This document shows positions 14,283-26,087 of a stretch of DNA of 64,000 nucleotides, in pieces. The notes below the pieces were generated by a model. The model saw nothing but the letters and a program-made list of their open reading frames with translations, was not told the DNA's origin and ran no database searches. The stretch lies in assembly GCF_006345805.1 (NCBI RefSeq), contig NC_042998.1:80290001-80354000 (forward strand), in the 5' to 3' direction. Position numbers and translations under genes: made by a program. Origin of the DNA: Octopus sinensis. Its lineage: Eukaryota. Within the stretch, counting starts at the first letter, position 1; each line of letters starts with the position of its first letter.

Positions 14283-15387
14283 CACAAGACATATAAGAAG
14301 TTTGAGAATGCAACAGGATATTTAAAGGGAGATTTGGTTGGAAGCTGTTCTAAGTTCCAAGGATCAAAGACTATTAAAGAGGGAAAGGGAGTTGAACATT
14401 GTGGAAAAAGTTCAATGATTCAAGATTGCCCTTGGAGTGTATGTATGTGATTAAGTTTGCATGTATGTGTTAATGTGTATGCATGGATATGTTTATGAAT
14501 AAGTGTAAAGATGTGTGTGTGTGTGTGTGTGTGTATGTATTTGTGTATCTGAACGTACAACTGCATTTGTATGTATGTGCAGGATGCATTTTATGTGCAT
14601 GTATGTGTCTTCTTTGAGATTAATATTCACTCTTCATATGTTCCTTTTACATAATACCACTTTATACAGTTTAATTTTGTCTTGGTGCCAGAATTGGAGG
14701 CAGGAGTTCAAATCCAGCTTGTATGTAGTAATTGCTTATTTTTTCCCCGGGATCAAGATACCAATATATTATTGATCTTTGGACAATAACAATTGGTATT
14801 GCAGCAAACTAAGTCTAGCGTGTATGATTGCATTAGAATATATTGGATCGATGTGATGAGTCATATGCAACTGACAACGTTGTGGTTATTGCTTAGCTCC
14901 AGGTCTACTATACTCATGTGGAGTTTTGATCAAAGGTGTTTCGTCATAGATGAATACATCTTTTTTTATTCATGCTGTATGTACAACTACATTGTCTTAT
15001 GTGGTATCATTTTAGCTGGTAGGGCATGATTTGAGGGAGATTTAACTGCTATTTCTTGTAGGTTGAGTAAACTTTAAATGATTCCCACTTTATATATATT
15101 TGATATAGTGGGTCATTGATGGTATACTGTATAGCTGATATAGGGAATCATTTATGGTGTACAGAGCCCACTTTAGTCCCTTTCTTTGCAAGTTAAGAGG
15201 AAATCATCATTAGTGCTGGTACCATGAGAAAAGCACCCAGTACACTCTGTAAAGTGGTTGGCATTAGGAAGGGCATCTGGCTGTATAAATCAGGCCAAAG
15301 TAGACATTGGTGCGTGTCGCAGTTCTTTGATTATCAGATCTTGTCAAATCATCCAACCCATGCTAGCATGGAAACCAGATGTTAAAT

Positions 15388-15825
15388 CAGTGCTTCTCAA
15401 CTAGGATCCATTTAGTCCCTGAGGGTCCATATAAGATCTTTGGGGTTCTTGCAACAAAATAGTAAATTGGGGATCCGCAATAGGGGCCCTGAAAAAGTTT
15501 TGCTTTAAACTCTGCTAGATCAAGATTGAAGCCTGGTGCAGCCATCTGGTTTGCCAGCCCTCAGTCAAATCATCCAACCTATGCTAGCATGGAAAGCGGA
15601 TGTTAAACGATGATGATGATGATGATGATGATGTATTGGTTATGTATTGCAAGAAACAGCTAGGTTTCTTTCTCTAATGTTTTACATAGTCCAACCTACA
15701 CAAGTTAATGTGTGAAAAACAAAGCAGGTATTTTGAAAGAAGTTTCTATAAAACTAGTTTTTAAACATGAATGGCTATATAGAAATCAAATGGGTTCATA
15801 AGTAAAAAGTGGTTGAGAACCCCTG
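15388..15825. mobile_element. hAT-type MITE containing a nested family 3 tail fragment (about 15520-15635)
   Basis: Termini CAGTGCTTCTCAAC / GTTGAGAACCCCTG; TSD TGTTAAAT / TGCTAAAT (one mismatch). Confidence 0.85.
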
Positions 15826-16242
15826 TGCTAAATGATGGATCAGTGATGATATATTACATAGTTGATATAATTTATGATTGATACAAAGGGTCATTGATGA
15901 CATATTAAATAGTTGATACAGTGATGGGGCATTGATGATGGGTCAATGATGAGATACAGCATCACTAAATTAGGTGAGAGCTTCTCTGTGGTCACTCATC
16001 CTGCTAGAAATAGTTAAATCTTAAAAGAATCATATTCTACTGTCCTAAAGAAGTGAAATACAGACTGAATAATATTCTAATCCTAAATTCGTTATAAGTG
16101 TATTCAGTAAATGAATACAGGAGTGATACATGAGCCACTTAAAGTTTCATGCTTACATAGTGCAGTGATCAGACAGGCTTGTATAGCATATCATGTACAA
16201 TCTAACAATTGTTCAGGTGCCTGAATGACTACTGATTGTACA

Positions 16243-16652
16243 TAGGCACAAATGTGGCTGTGTGGTAAGAAGCTTGCTTCCCAACCATATGGTTTTGGGT
16301 TCAGTCCCACTGTGTGACAATTTGGATAAGTACCTTCTACTATAGCCTCAGGCTGACCAAAGCCTTGTGAGTGGATTTGGTAGGTGGAAACTGAAAGAAG
16401 CCCATCATATATATACATGTATATATTTATGCATGTGTCTTCATGTCTGTGTTTCTCCTCCCCCCACCATCGCTTGACAACTGATGTTGGTGTGTTTATG
16501 ACCCCATAACATAGCAGTTCAGCAAAAGAAACCAATAGAATAAGTACTAAGCTTACAAAGAATAAGTCCTGGGGTTGATTTCTTCGACTAAAACCCATTT
16601 AAGGCAGTGCTCCAGCATGGCTGCAGTCAGTTGACTGAAACAAGTAAAAGAG
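16243..16652 (+). mobile_element. Family 1 SINE, moderately diverged
   Basis: Head, body and tail all recognisable. Confidence 0.88.
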
Positions 16653-17009
16653 TAATACACTATGCAAGCTCTGATTACTGCACTATTTCAGGATGAAACT
16701 CAAAGTAACTCAAAGAGGAATCTTGCATTCATTAAGTGATATTCATCTTTCATTGGATCAAGTACATTTTGACTGATCCTATCACTAAGCAAGCAATACA
16801 CAATCTATCTCTCTTTCACATGCACACACACACACATGCAATATAACTCATTTTCATTTCATTTATAAAATTTACAGAGGCCATATATGTATTCAACTCT
16901 TTTTGTTTTTATATATGTGTCCCATCAGCTGGAGATAAATTGAACAACTGCTGTGCTGATGATGCTTAGTGAGACAGAAACAAATCAATGTTACTGACTT
17001 GTTGCCTTG

Positions 17010-17250
17010 CAATCAAACTGTCTTTTCCTAATGCCAATAACTCTGAGAGTGTAGTGGGTGCTTTTTATGTGCCACCGGCACAAGAGCCAGTTGGTGGAGG
17101 ACTGGCATCAACCATGTTCGGATGGTGCTTTTTACGTGCCACTGACATGGGACCCAGTCAGGCAGCACTGGCATTGACCCACGCTTGAATGGTGCTTATT
17201 ACATGCCACCAGTACAGGTGCCAGTCAGGTGGCACTGGCATCAGCCACAA
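17010..17250 (-). mobile_element. Family 3 RTE-tail element fragment
   Basis: GGTGCTTTTTACGTGCCACC units in reverse orientation. Confidence 0.75.
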
Positions 17251-17887
17251 CTACAATTTCCATTTTGATTTTGATTTTACTTGACTCAATAGGTCTTCTC
17301 AAGCGCAGCATATCACCCAATGATTCAAGGGTATTTTTAAATGGGCTGGTTATGTGACACTGGTATAGGCTATGGCTGTGATCTCACTTTACTTGCCAGG
17401 TCTTCTCAATCACAGCATATCTCCAAAGGTCTCACTCTCTTGTCATTGTCTATATATATATATAAGAATTTTTTGTGTAATGAGATAAAAAACCGAGGCT
17501 GTGTAGATATTAGAACATTTATAGATAGAAGGTCTTACAGCTGTTTCCAGGATATTTATTAATTATATCCCTTCATCGGAGACGGTGTGAGAGGATGGTT
17601 AAGTCATAGGTAGTTTAGATGTGATACAAAATAGAGAGTGAGGTGGAGGAAAAAAAATAGATGTAAGATATGTGGAGATATTGAAGTTGTAGATCCATTT
17701 TTTAGGCAGAATGGTATATATGTAATATTCCAATACCCTATGACATAGAACCAACATTGAACTCCTTATTCACAAAATTACCGAATCTGGAACTTAACTA
17801 TGGTCTGTCTATAGCACTTATCCAGCATTACCTGATACCTTTGAGTCTCAATGACACCATTATCTCTTATTTATATATATATATATA

Positions 17888-18093
17888 TAAAGTTTATCCA
17901 AACAAGAAAGCACAAAAAAACACAACAACACGAGGACGTGGAACAAATATAGTATTATTGGACGCTCAGGAAAGAAGGAGGGTTTAATGTTTTGAGCGGA
18001 GCTCTTCGTCGGAAACATAGGAAAAGGAAATATCCAGAGAAGGGAAGACAGAGGAAAAAAAAATCGCCAACGGTACACACGAGGTTACATTTT
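17888..18093 (-). mobile_element. Penelope-like terminal (pLTR-type) fragment, subfamily P1, abutting (TA)n
   Basis: Reverse-complement homologue of 26088-26281; contains a decayed hammerhead fold. Confidence 0.65.
17982..18016 (-). ncRNA. Decayed minimal type I hammerhead ribozyme motif
   Basis: GUUU CCGACGA A GAGC-UCC-GCUC AAAAC AUU AAAC; the GAAAC GU of the 26148 copy is altered by two CpG-type transitions. Confidence 0.5.
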
Positions 18094-18432
18094 AACCTTT
18101 TTGGTTATTTCTTTTATATGAAAATTGTATTTGTATCTGAATTCTTCTGAACATGCCATTAGACTTTACATTTATGATGTTCATAAATGTATTCTGTATA
18201 GTGGACTATACATGATACATGCATGTACATACACACACACAGATACAATGCACTCACACACAACATAAACACACACAACAAAAACATACAAACAGATAAA
18301 CAAAATATTGTGCTCTGAGAGTGTTAAAGCTTCATGTGTGTGTGAGGGGAGTGTCAGCTGTTACACTCCCATTTTATTCCTTTATCCAGTTAAGTTTCTT
18401 TATTACTCTCTTATCATTTCTCACCTTTTATA

Positions 18433-18465
<33 letters not shown>

Positions 18466-18864
18466 CCTTCTCCTCTCCTTTCCTCTAATCTGATAACATT
18501 CATGTCTCACATCATCTTACTTTGTCACTAAGCAACACAAAATTCACCAGTCACATCATTCTAATACCCAAGTAAATCCCCTAAAATTTAATCCAGACTA
18601 ACCCCTATAGTCTCCTTCTCTCTCTCTTCCTCACCTGCTTTATCTTGCCTCTCTCTTGTGTTTCAATCACTAGCCTTACCACTAAACTACAGATAATCCA
18701 CCAAATGAAATAAACCTCCCTCACTCCTCTGGTTATTATTGTTCTTGTTGCAGTAATTCAGACCATAGCTGTTTATTTGTGCTTTTATTCAATTTTACTC
18801 TCCTCTTGGTGATTTCCTTCTCGTTTCCTCCTCTTGTCATCTCTATGTCTTTTTACTGTCGTTC

Positions 18865-18889
18865 TGTTTGTCTGTCTGTCTGTCTCTCA

Positions 18890-18921
<32 letters not shown>

Positions 18922-18991
18922 TTCTCTCAGTCTCTGTCTCTCTCTCTCAGTCTCTGTCTTTCTCTCTCTCTCTCTCTCTCCTCTTTCTCTC

Positions 18992-19022
<31 letters not shown>

Positions 19023-19037
19023 TTCTCTACTTATCTG

Positions 19038-19133
<96 letters not shown>

Positions 19134-19140
19134 TACATAC
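18865..19140. repeat. (CT)n then (CA)n compound microsatellite
   Basis: Direct reading. Confidence 0.95.
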
Positions 19141-19520
19141 ACAATTCAGTGTCTACTTCTTAATTTGAGCGGAGGCAATGCGAGCAGTAACTAAAGGAAC
19201 ATTACTAAGATCCACACTCAAAGATCAAATACATACATATATTCATATATTCATTTATATCTACAGAACGGATATAAAATTCGACATATATAAAAATGTA
19301 ATAATATATATAAATAGATAAAAATCATATAATATATATAAATATATAAGAATCAGTGTTACATACAAAAAACAGGGAATTTACACTTAAAGTTGTAAAA
19401 CACTGGTATAATTAAAAATTTGGGATAATAAAACATATTAAAATGACATTAAAATTCCAGAAATTCAGTGTCTATACATACTTATAAATGTGGGTGTATG
19501 TATGTACATGTACAAGTGTA

Positions 19521-19680
19521 CAGGAGTGGCTGTGTGGTAAGTAGCTTGCTTACCCACCACATGGTTTCGGGTTCAGTCCCAGTGCGTGGCATCATGGGCA
19601 AGTGTCTTCTGCTATAGCCCCGGGCCTTGTGAGTGGATTTGGTAGACAGAAACTGAAAGAAGCCTGTCGTATATATGTAT

Positions 19681-19725
<45 letters not shown>

Positions 19726-19948
19726 ATGTGTGTGTGTTAGTGTGTCTGTGTTTGTCCCCCTAGCATTGCTTGACAACCGGTGCTGGTGTGTTTACATCCC
19801 CGTCACTTAGCGGTTCGGCAAAAGAGACCAATAGAATAAGTACTGGGCTTACAAAGAATAAGTCCCGGGGTCGATTTGCTCGACTAAAGGCAGTGCTCCA
19901 GCATGGCCACAGTCAAATGACTGAAACAAGTAAAAGAGTAAAAGAGTA
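19521..19948 (+). mobile_element. Family 1 SINE, young copy
   Basis: Near identical to 10867 copy. Confidence 0.92.
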
Positions 19949-20087
19949 AATATGTATTTATCATTGTTATCACCAAGATTCCTCCCCCACCCTCAAACGA
20001 CTACACCTGATAACCATCACTGCATTGATATCAGTTTTTCATGCTGACAAGGTTTTGATGGGTCTGTTAATATATTAGCACAAATGC

Positions 20088-20300
20088 AGCAAGCTGGCAG
20101 TACTGTTAGCATGCTGGGCAAAATACTTAGAAGCATTTCATATGTCTACACGTTTGGAGTTCAAATTCCGCCGAGGTCGACTTTGTCTTTTATCCTCTTG
20201 GGGTCGATAAAATAAGTACCAGTTGAGCACTGGGGTCGATGTAACTGACTTAGCTCCTTTCCCAAAACTGCTGGCCTTGTGCCAAAATTTGAAACCAATA
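20088..20300 (+). mobile_element. Family 2 SINE
   Basis: TGGCAG...GAGTTCAAATTCCGCCGAGGTCGAC head and core. Confidence 0.85.
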
Positions 20301-21085
20301 TATTAGTACATGGTTCTGTATGTGTGAAAGTACATGGCTTAGTGGACTGGGTATTCGGCTCACAATCGTAAGGTCACTAGTTCAATTCATGGCAGCATGT
20401 TGTGTCCTTGAGCAAGACACTTTATTTCACATTGCTCCTGTTCATTCAGCTGGCAAAAATGAGCAGTACCTGTATTTCAAAGGGCCAGCCTTTTCACACT
20501 TTGTGCCACACTGAATCTCCCTGAGAACTATGCTAAGGATTCATGTGTCTGTGGAGTGCTCAGCCACTTGCACGTTAATTTCATGAGCAGTCTGTTCCAT
20601 TGAGCGGATCAATTGGAATCTTCCTCATCATAGGTGATGGAGTACCAATGAATGAATGAATGAATGAATGAATGAATGAATGTATGTATGTATGTATGTA
20701 TGTATGTATGTATGTATGTATGTATGTATGCATGCATGTATGCATGCATGCATGTATGCATATATGTATGCATGCATTACTTTGCTTGGAAACAAGTAAA
20801 GGTAGGTGACAGGAAGAGCATCTGACTATAGAAAATCTGCTTCAACAAAATCTGACCAATGCAAGCACAGAAAAGCAGATGTGAAAATCAAGATATATGA
20901 TGTAATAAGGTACTCTAGAGAGATGTACAATGAACTATTAGTACATGTATGTATGTGTATAGGTATGTTTTCATATGCATGTGTATTTATGCAGTCATAT
21001 GTACATGTGTGTGTGTGTGTGTGTATGTGTATGTGCATGCATGCATATGTATGTGTTTGTATGTAGGCATATGTATGGGTATGTA

Positions 21086-22030
21086 TAATAATAATAATAA
21101 TGAAATTATTGTATACAGTGCTCAGGTGCACCACAACTTGTCAGAAAGTGCATATAAAGTACATGCAGTAATGTAGAAATGTCTGGAAAGTGAACATGCT
21201 TGTGTGTGTATGGAGGGGAGAAAATCAAGTATAGTGTTGGCGAATCTCAGGAAGCATGGAAGTCTTGAAGGATGCAGTGCTCCAACAACTAACAACCGAT
21301 GCCGGCAGTTTGTTCCACGCTTCAGCAACTCTCAGCGTGAAAAAATGTTTCCTGAAGTCATGGGAGCTGTGCTGTTTTCTTACTTTGTAAATATGTCCAT
21401 GGGTGTTAGATAGGTGGAGTTTGAAGAGGTGCTCAGAGTTATTGTTTGTGCGATGGTTGATAATTTTATGGGTGTCTGCCAAGTCAGCTGCCAGACGTCG
21501 GAGTTTCAATGTGTCCATGCCCAGGGAAGTAAGGCGTTCAGGATATGGCAAATGCCTGATATAGGGTATTCTTTTGGTTGCACGTCGCTGAACAGCTTCC
21601 AGACGATTGATGTCCTGGGCAAGATAGGGGTTCCAGACCGGTGATGCAAATTCCAGGTGAGGTCTTACCATAGCTATATAAAGCCGCAGATAGATAGCCG
21701 GAGAGCGGCTCACAAAGGATTTGGTGAGTGATGCCAAGACACCCTCAGCCTTCTTGACAATTTTAGCGATGTGTTTTGTCCAACGCAAATCACTGTCGAC
21801 AATAACACCCAGGTCACGTTCACTTGAAGACTTTTTGAGACTAGTGTTGTGGAGGGAGTAGGTGGACGCTGGGTTTCTCCTCCCAAAATGCATGGTGGTA
21901 CATTTGTCCACAGCCAGCTTGAGTTGCCAGTCCATGATCCACTGCTGCATTGTGTCCAGGTCTGCTTGCAATAGAGATCCATAGTGTATAGGATTTGACC
22001 TCTTTATTTCGAGGTACAGCTTATAACGGG
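21086..22030 (-). mobile_element. 5'-truncated CR1-clade LINE: RT C-terminus, 3' UTR and (ATT)n tail
   Basis: Open frame 21225-about 22020: LQADLD..QQW..WQLKLAVDKC, RDLGVIVDSDLRW, MVRPHLEFASPVWNP, LEAVQRRATK, RKHFFTLRVAEAWNKLP are typical CR1 ORF2 C-terminal motifs. Confidence 0.95.
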
Positions 22031-22190
22031 AAAGTTTACGAAAATAAACAAAAGACGAAGGCAGGTGGAGTACAAACACACAAATGTATTAGTATAGCGC
22101 TCAGGAATAGAAATAGAAAAAGTCTTTTACGTTTCGAGCCTACACTCTTCGACAGAAAGATTCACAGAAAAAAACAAGGAGAGAAACAAT
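22031..22190 (-). mobile_element. Penelope-like terminal fragment, subfamily P2
   Basis: Homologous in opposite orientation to 24780-24930; carries hammerhead fold; sits at the CR1 5' truncation. Confidence 0.6.
22123..22160 (-). ncRNA. Minimal type I hammerhead ribozyme-like motif with CUGUCGA core
   Basis: UCUUU CUGUCGA A GAG-UGUAGG-CUC GAAAC GUA AAAGA: 5-bp stem I, 3-bp stem II, palindromic ACGU stem III. Confidence 0.6.
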
Positions 22191-24485
22191 ATATACATAT
22201 GGGTATGTATATATTGCCCAAGTTTCCAGCAACTTTGCTCAGGTTTGCAAAATTCAATCTTGGGCAGCCTTGCAAATCTCAGTCATCCTATTTCCATGAT
22301 TTTACATCAGCAAAGCTGCATATTTCTTTATGCATTCCCATGGAGCACATCTTGTTAATTTTTCACCTTTGTGCATTTATTCTAAACCTACTTGTTAAAT
22401 AGGAGTTAGTGGATAGGAACCATAAATAATTCCTTCACTTTCCTTTGGTTTGTACTTCATTTCATCTCTCTTCTATTTGGTTAACAACCATCTGTTTTTA
22501 GCACATTTCTGCATTACAGGTGTGTATGTGTGAGTACACACATACATACACACATTCTTACACATACATTGTGAGTTAACATCTCTGTTCCATGCTGGTC
22601 TAATGACCAGTACTTATGCCTTGTCATATATATGTATGTATGTCTGTGTATACACACACACAATAGGTGAATCAGTCATTTTTCAATTGACCACCAAACA
22701 CTGTGTGTTAAATTTGAAATGAACCATTTACTCTGATTAGCTTTTATTAGCACCATCAATAAATCCACTCCTTATACTGTCATCTCTGTGAAGTTACTTT
22801 ACTAGCCTTTACTTGCTCATTATTGAAACATTTGCAACTGCTGTTATCTACAAATACCTTTTGCTACCCCGTGTATTAGCTCCTCATTTTATTATAGTTA
22901 TTACTCTACATTAAGCCATGTCTTGTCCTATTATTACCTTGTTAACATAAAGATTCCCTCACTTATTTTGTTTTGTTTGCCAGTTGTAAACAAATATGGT
23001 TACTATATCCCTTCTTACTTTATCAGTTAAGTTTGTTCTACTTCATTTTTCTCATTTTTATTGTCCCTTATTTTATATTTTACTTCTATGTATTAATGAA
23101 GGCATATGAGGGAAGAAGGGAAAAGTATTTTCCCCCTCTTCATTTTGGACAAGCTTCAAATTTTTATTAAAAAATCCAGATGTTTAAACTTCGTCCAAAG
23201 ATAGTTGGAACAGTTGCTGTAGTGAATTTTCCCAATAGCAACACAAGATTTCTGCTTTGACATTTGATGTTTCATTAGAATTTCAGTTCAAATTTTATTC
23301 ATAGTTCCTACCATGGTGTGTTCTGAACATTCTTTTAATACCCTTAGGAGACTGAAGAATTATCTTGTCTTGTTAATTGCTTAGAAATTTCACTAATACT
23401 TTTGTCATGAAAAAATCACCTAGTATACTCTGTAAAGTGGTTAGTATTAGGAAGAGCATACAGCTAAAGAAACTATGCCATATCAGGCATTGGGGCTCAA
23501 GCAGTGCTCTGGCTTATCAGATTCTGTTGAACCATCGAATCTATGAGAACATGAAATACAAACATTGAATGATGATGCTGTGTGTATGAGCACATACATC
23601 ATAAATAATAACAGTACACCAGCATATAGTGATCTTCATTTTAATTTTTTTTCTTGCCTGTAACTTTCAAATATACTAGAATAAAACAGAAAGATGCAAA
23701 GTAAGCAAACTAATTTGAACAACTGTCAAAATAGAATGAAATAGAAAGTTATAGAAATACGCCAGGAGATGTAATGTTGGGATCATGTGGTGAACATCAT
23801 GTGGCAGGAATGGTGCAACACAAATAACTTAAAATTTTCTCAAGTACAAAAATATACTCATGGAGAGAATTTAATGTAATATGTCAGAATGAACAATATA
23901 CATGCACACACACACACAAAATGTGGTGCAGACATGGCCTTGTGGTTAAGGAGTTTGCTTTGCAATTATGTGGTTTCAGGTACATTTTCACTGTGTAGTA
24001 CCATGAGAAGGTATCTTCTATACAGCCTCAAACTGAGTGAGTGGAACTGCTAGATAGAAACTGTACATGTGTGTGTGTGTGTGTGTTTGTAGACACAGGC
24101 GTAGCTATATGGTAGGAAGCTTGCTTCCCAACTACACAGTTTTAGGTTCAGTCCCACTGTGTGGCACCTTGGGCAAGTGTGTGTGCATGCGCATCCTTGT
24201 TTATGTTTGTCCACCACCACTTGAAAACTGGTGTTAGTGTGTGTTTATGTCCCTATAACTTTACAGTTCAGCAAAAGTGACCAATAGAATAAGTACAAGG
24301 CTTAAAAAACTTAAGTATGGGGGTTGATTTGGTCAACTAAACTTTTCAAGGCAGTGGATCCCACCCAAAAACTAAAACAGGTAAGATAAGAGACATATAT
24401 AGATATTTTGATGTTGAATTATAATTAAAACAATTTAACATTAAACTGAAGAATTACATATATTGTACTTTCACAAGAAGAGTAG

Positions 24486-24526
24486 TGACAATGACTTTTG
24501 GTCTGCCAGTCTTCATCAGACTGTCA
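24486..24526 (-). ncRNA. Degenerate hammerhead-like motif with canonical CUGAUGA
   Basis: UGACAGU CUGAUGA AGACUGGCAGACC AAAA GUC AUUGUCA: 7-bp stem I (one wobble), GUC triplet, but GAAAC damaged. Confidence 0.35.
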
Positions 24527-24779
24527 TTTTTTTTTTTTACATCTACTGCAAAAATATGTCCAGGGATTGAATGGTTCAGCATTCAAAATACCAAGGATAA
24601 TATAACCTTTGTTGGAAATAAGTGAGGATTATTAGAAGGAAGGGCATCCAGCCATAGGAAAATCTGCCCCAATAAGTTTTGTCTAACACATTCTAGCATG
24701 GTAAAAGTGGACAGTAATACAAGGCCAATTATATATATATATGTACATTCACCATGATAGATTGCTAGTCACTAAACCT

Positions 24780-24930
24780 TTTTCTATTTTCTTTCTCTGT
24801 TTATTTCTGTGTTCCTTTCTGTTGAAATGTGAAAGACTTTCTCACTTCCCGAGCATTGAACTAATACATCTGTTTGTTGTTTATACACCTGTCTTCATCT
24901 TTTGTTGCTTTTTGTAATTTCTCATATATA
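24780..24930 (+). mobile_element. Penelope-like terminal fragment, subfamily P2, with hammerhead stem II deleted
   Basis: CTTTCTGTTGAA-ATGTGAAAGACTTT...CTAATACAT...CACCTGTCTTC aligns to the reverse complement of 22050-22170. Confidence 0.6.
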
Positions 24931-24958
24931 TCGAGGGTATGGGAGGCGTTGGTGTCAA

Positions 24959-25009
<51 letters not shown>

Positions 25010-25014
<5 letters not shown>

Positions 25015-25160
25015 AGAGTAAGCACATAAATGTGAAACAACGTGGAAAAACTAGTACTTGACCAGAGGTAGAGTAATATGCTTTATTAAAAAGCAGCAAA
25101 AATATCACAAAAACTGTTACTCAGAGTTTCACGTTCCTGTTCGTTGGACAGTTTTGTTTA
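25010..25160 (-). mobile_element. Penelope-like terminal fragment, subfamily P3, abutting (TA)n at 24962-25012
   Basis: Hammerhead fold plus AATAAA (plus-strand TTTATT near 25082) and (TA)n junction. Confidence 0.55.
25110..25155 (-). ncRNA. Type I hammerhead ribozyme-like motif, 8-bp stem I, core CCAACGA
   Basis: AAAACUGU CCAACGA ACA-GGAA-CGU GAAA CUC-U-GAG UA ACAGUUUU. Confidence 0.62.
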
Positions 25161-25561
25161 GAATAGAAGAAAAATAAGGTTATATGCAAAAACATACAAT
25201 TAGTTTGATAGACATCTAGATGTTATATGTTGTGGTGTCTTCTAATGAGAATCCACTTAGAAAGCTGTTATGTTATTGTGGCAGGAACCCAGTAAAGAAT
25301 GTATAAAATACAAGGTGGTAACTTTAAACACATTTATTGTGGTCACACATATATACACACAAGCTGAATGTATCTATAGGCATCTGCGTGGGTTGTACGT
25401 AAGCTGTTAACCCTGGTGAGATGCTCATGAACAGTGATGTAGGAACCAGTGCAGTGTGTTGGTGCTGTGTAGATGTTGACGATGTTGGTGAGAGACATCT
25501 GGTGTGGCGACGAAGACGGAGGTTGCTACACACACACACATACACACACACACATATATAT

Positions 25562-26087
25562 ATATATATCGAAATCGATCAATGGAAATTGCAGATGTGC
25601 AACCAGTGCCGGTGGCATGTCGAAACTCTACTTGTGAAGACCTGTTGAGGCAAGTGAGGATCAGAATCGAAATCGATCAATGGAAATTGCAGATGTGTTA
25701 CCAGTGCTGGTGACATATAAGAGAACCTTCCATTTCGCGACCATTGCCAGCGCCACCCCGACTGGCCTCATGCCGGTGGCACGTAAAAAGCACCATCCGT
25801 TCGTGTCCGTTGCCAGCCTCGCCTGGCCCTCGTGCCGGTGGCACATAAAAAGCACCATCCGTTCGTGGCCGTTTGCCAGCTCTGTCTGGCACCTGTGCAG
25901 GTGGCACGTAAAAAGCACCCACTACACGCACGGAGTGGTTGGCATTAGGAAGGGCATCCAGCCGTAGAAACACTGCCAGATTTGACTGGGCCTGATGAAG
26001 CCTACTGGCTTCACAGACCCCAGTAGAACCGTCCAACCCATGCTAGCATGGAAAACGGACGCTAAACGATGATGATGATGATGATGA
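25562..26087 (+). mobile_element. Family 3 RTE-tail element with several internal tandem units and (GAT)n tail
   Basis: Duplicated GAAATCGATCAATGGAAATTGCAGATGTG block and repeated GGTGGCACRTAAAAAGCACC units. Confidence 0.85.

Noticed and set aside
13923-14325. Poly-Asp and poly-Ser ORFs of about 120 aa
   Set aside because: (CAT)n microsatellite read in different frames; no unique flanking coding signal
14845-14940. C/D box snoRNA (GTGATGA ... CTGA)
   Set aside because: No convincing terminal D box or terminal stem, and no recognisable rRNA antisense element
25990-26030. Hammerhead at CTGATGA-AGCC-TACT-GGCT
   Set aside because: No GAAA after stem II; sister copies read CTGGTGCAGCC, so CTGATGA is incidental
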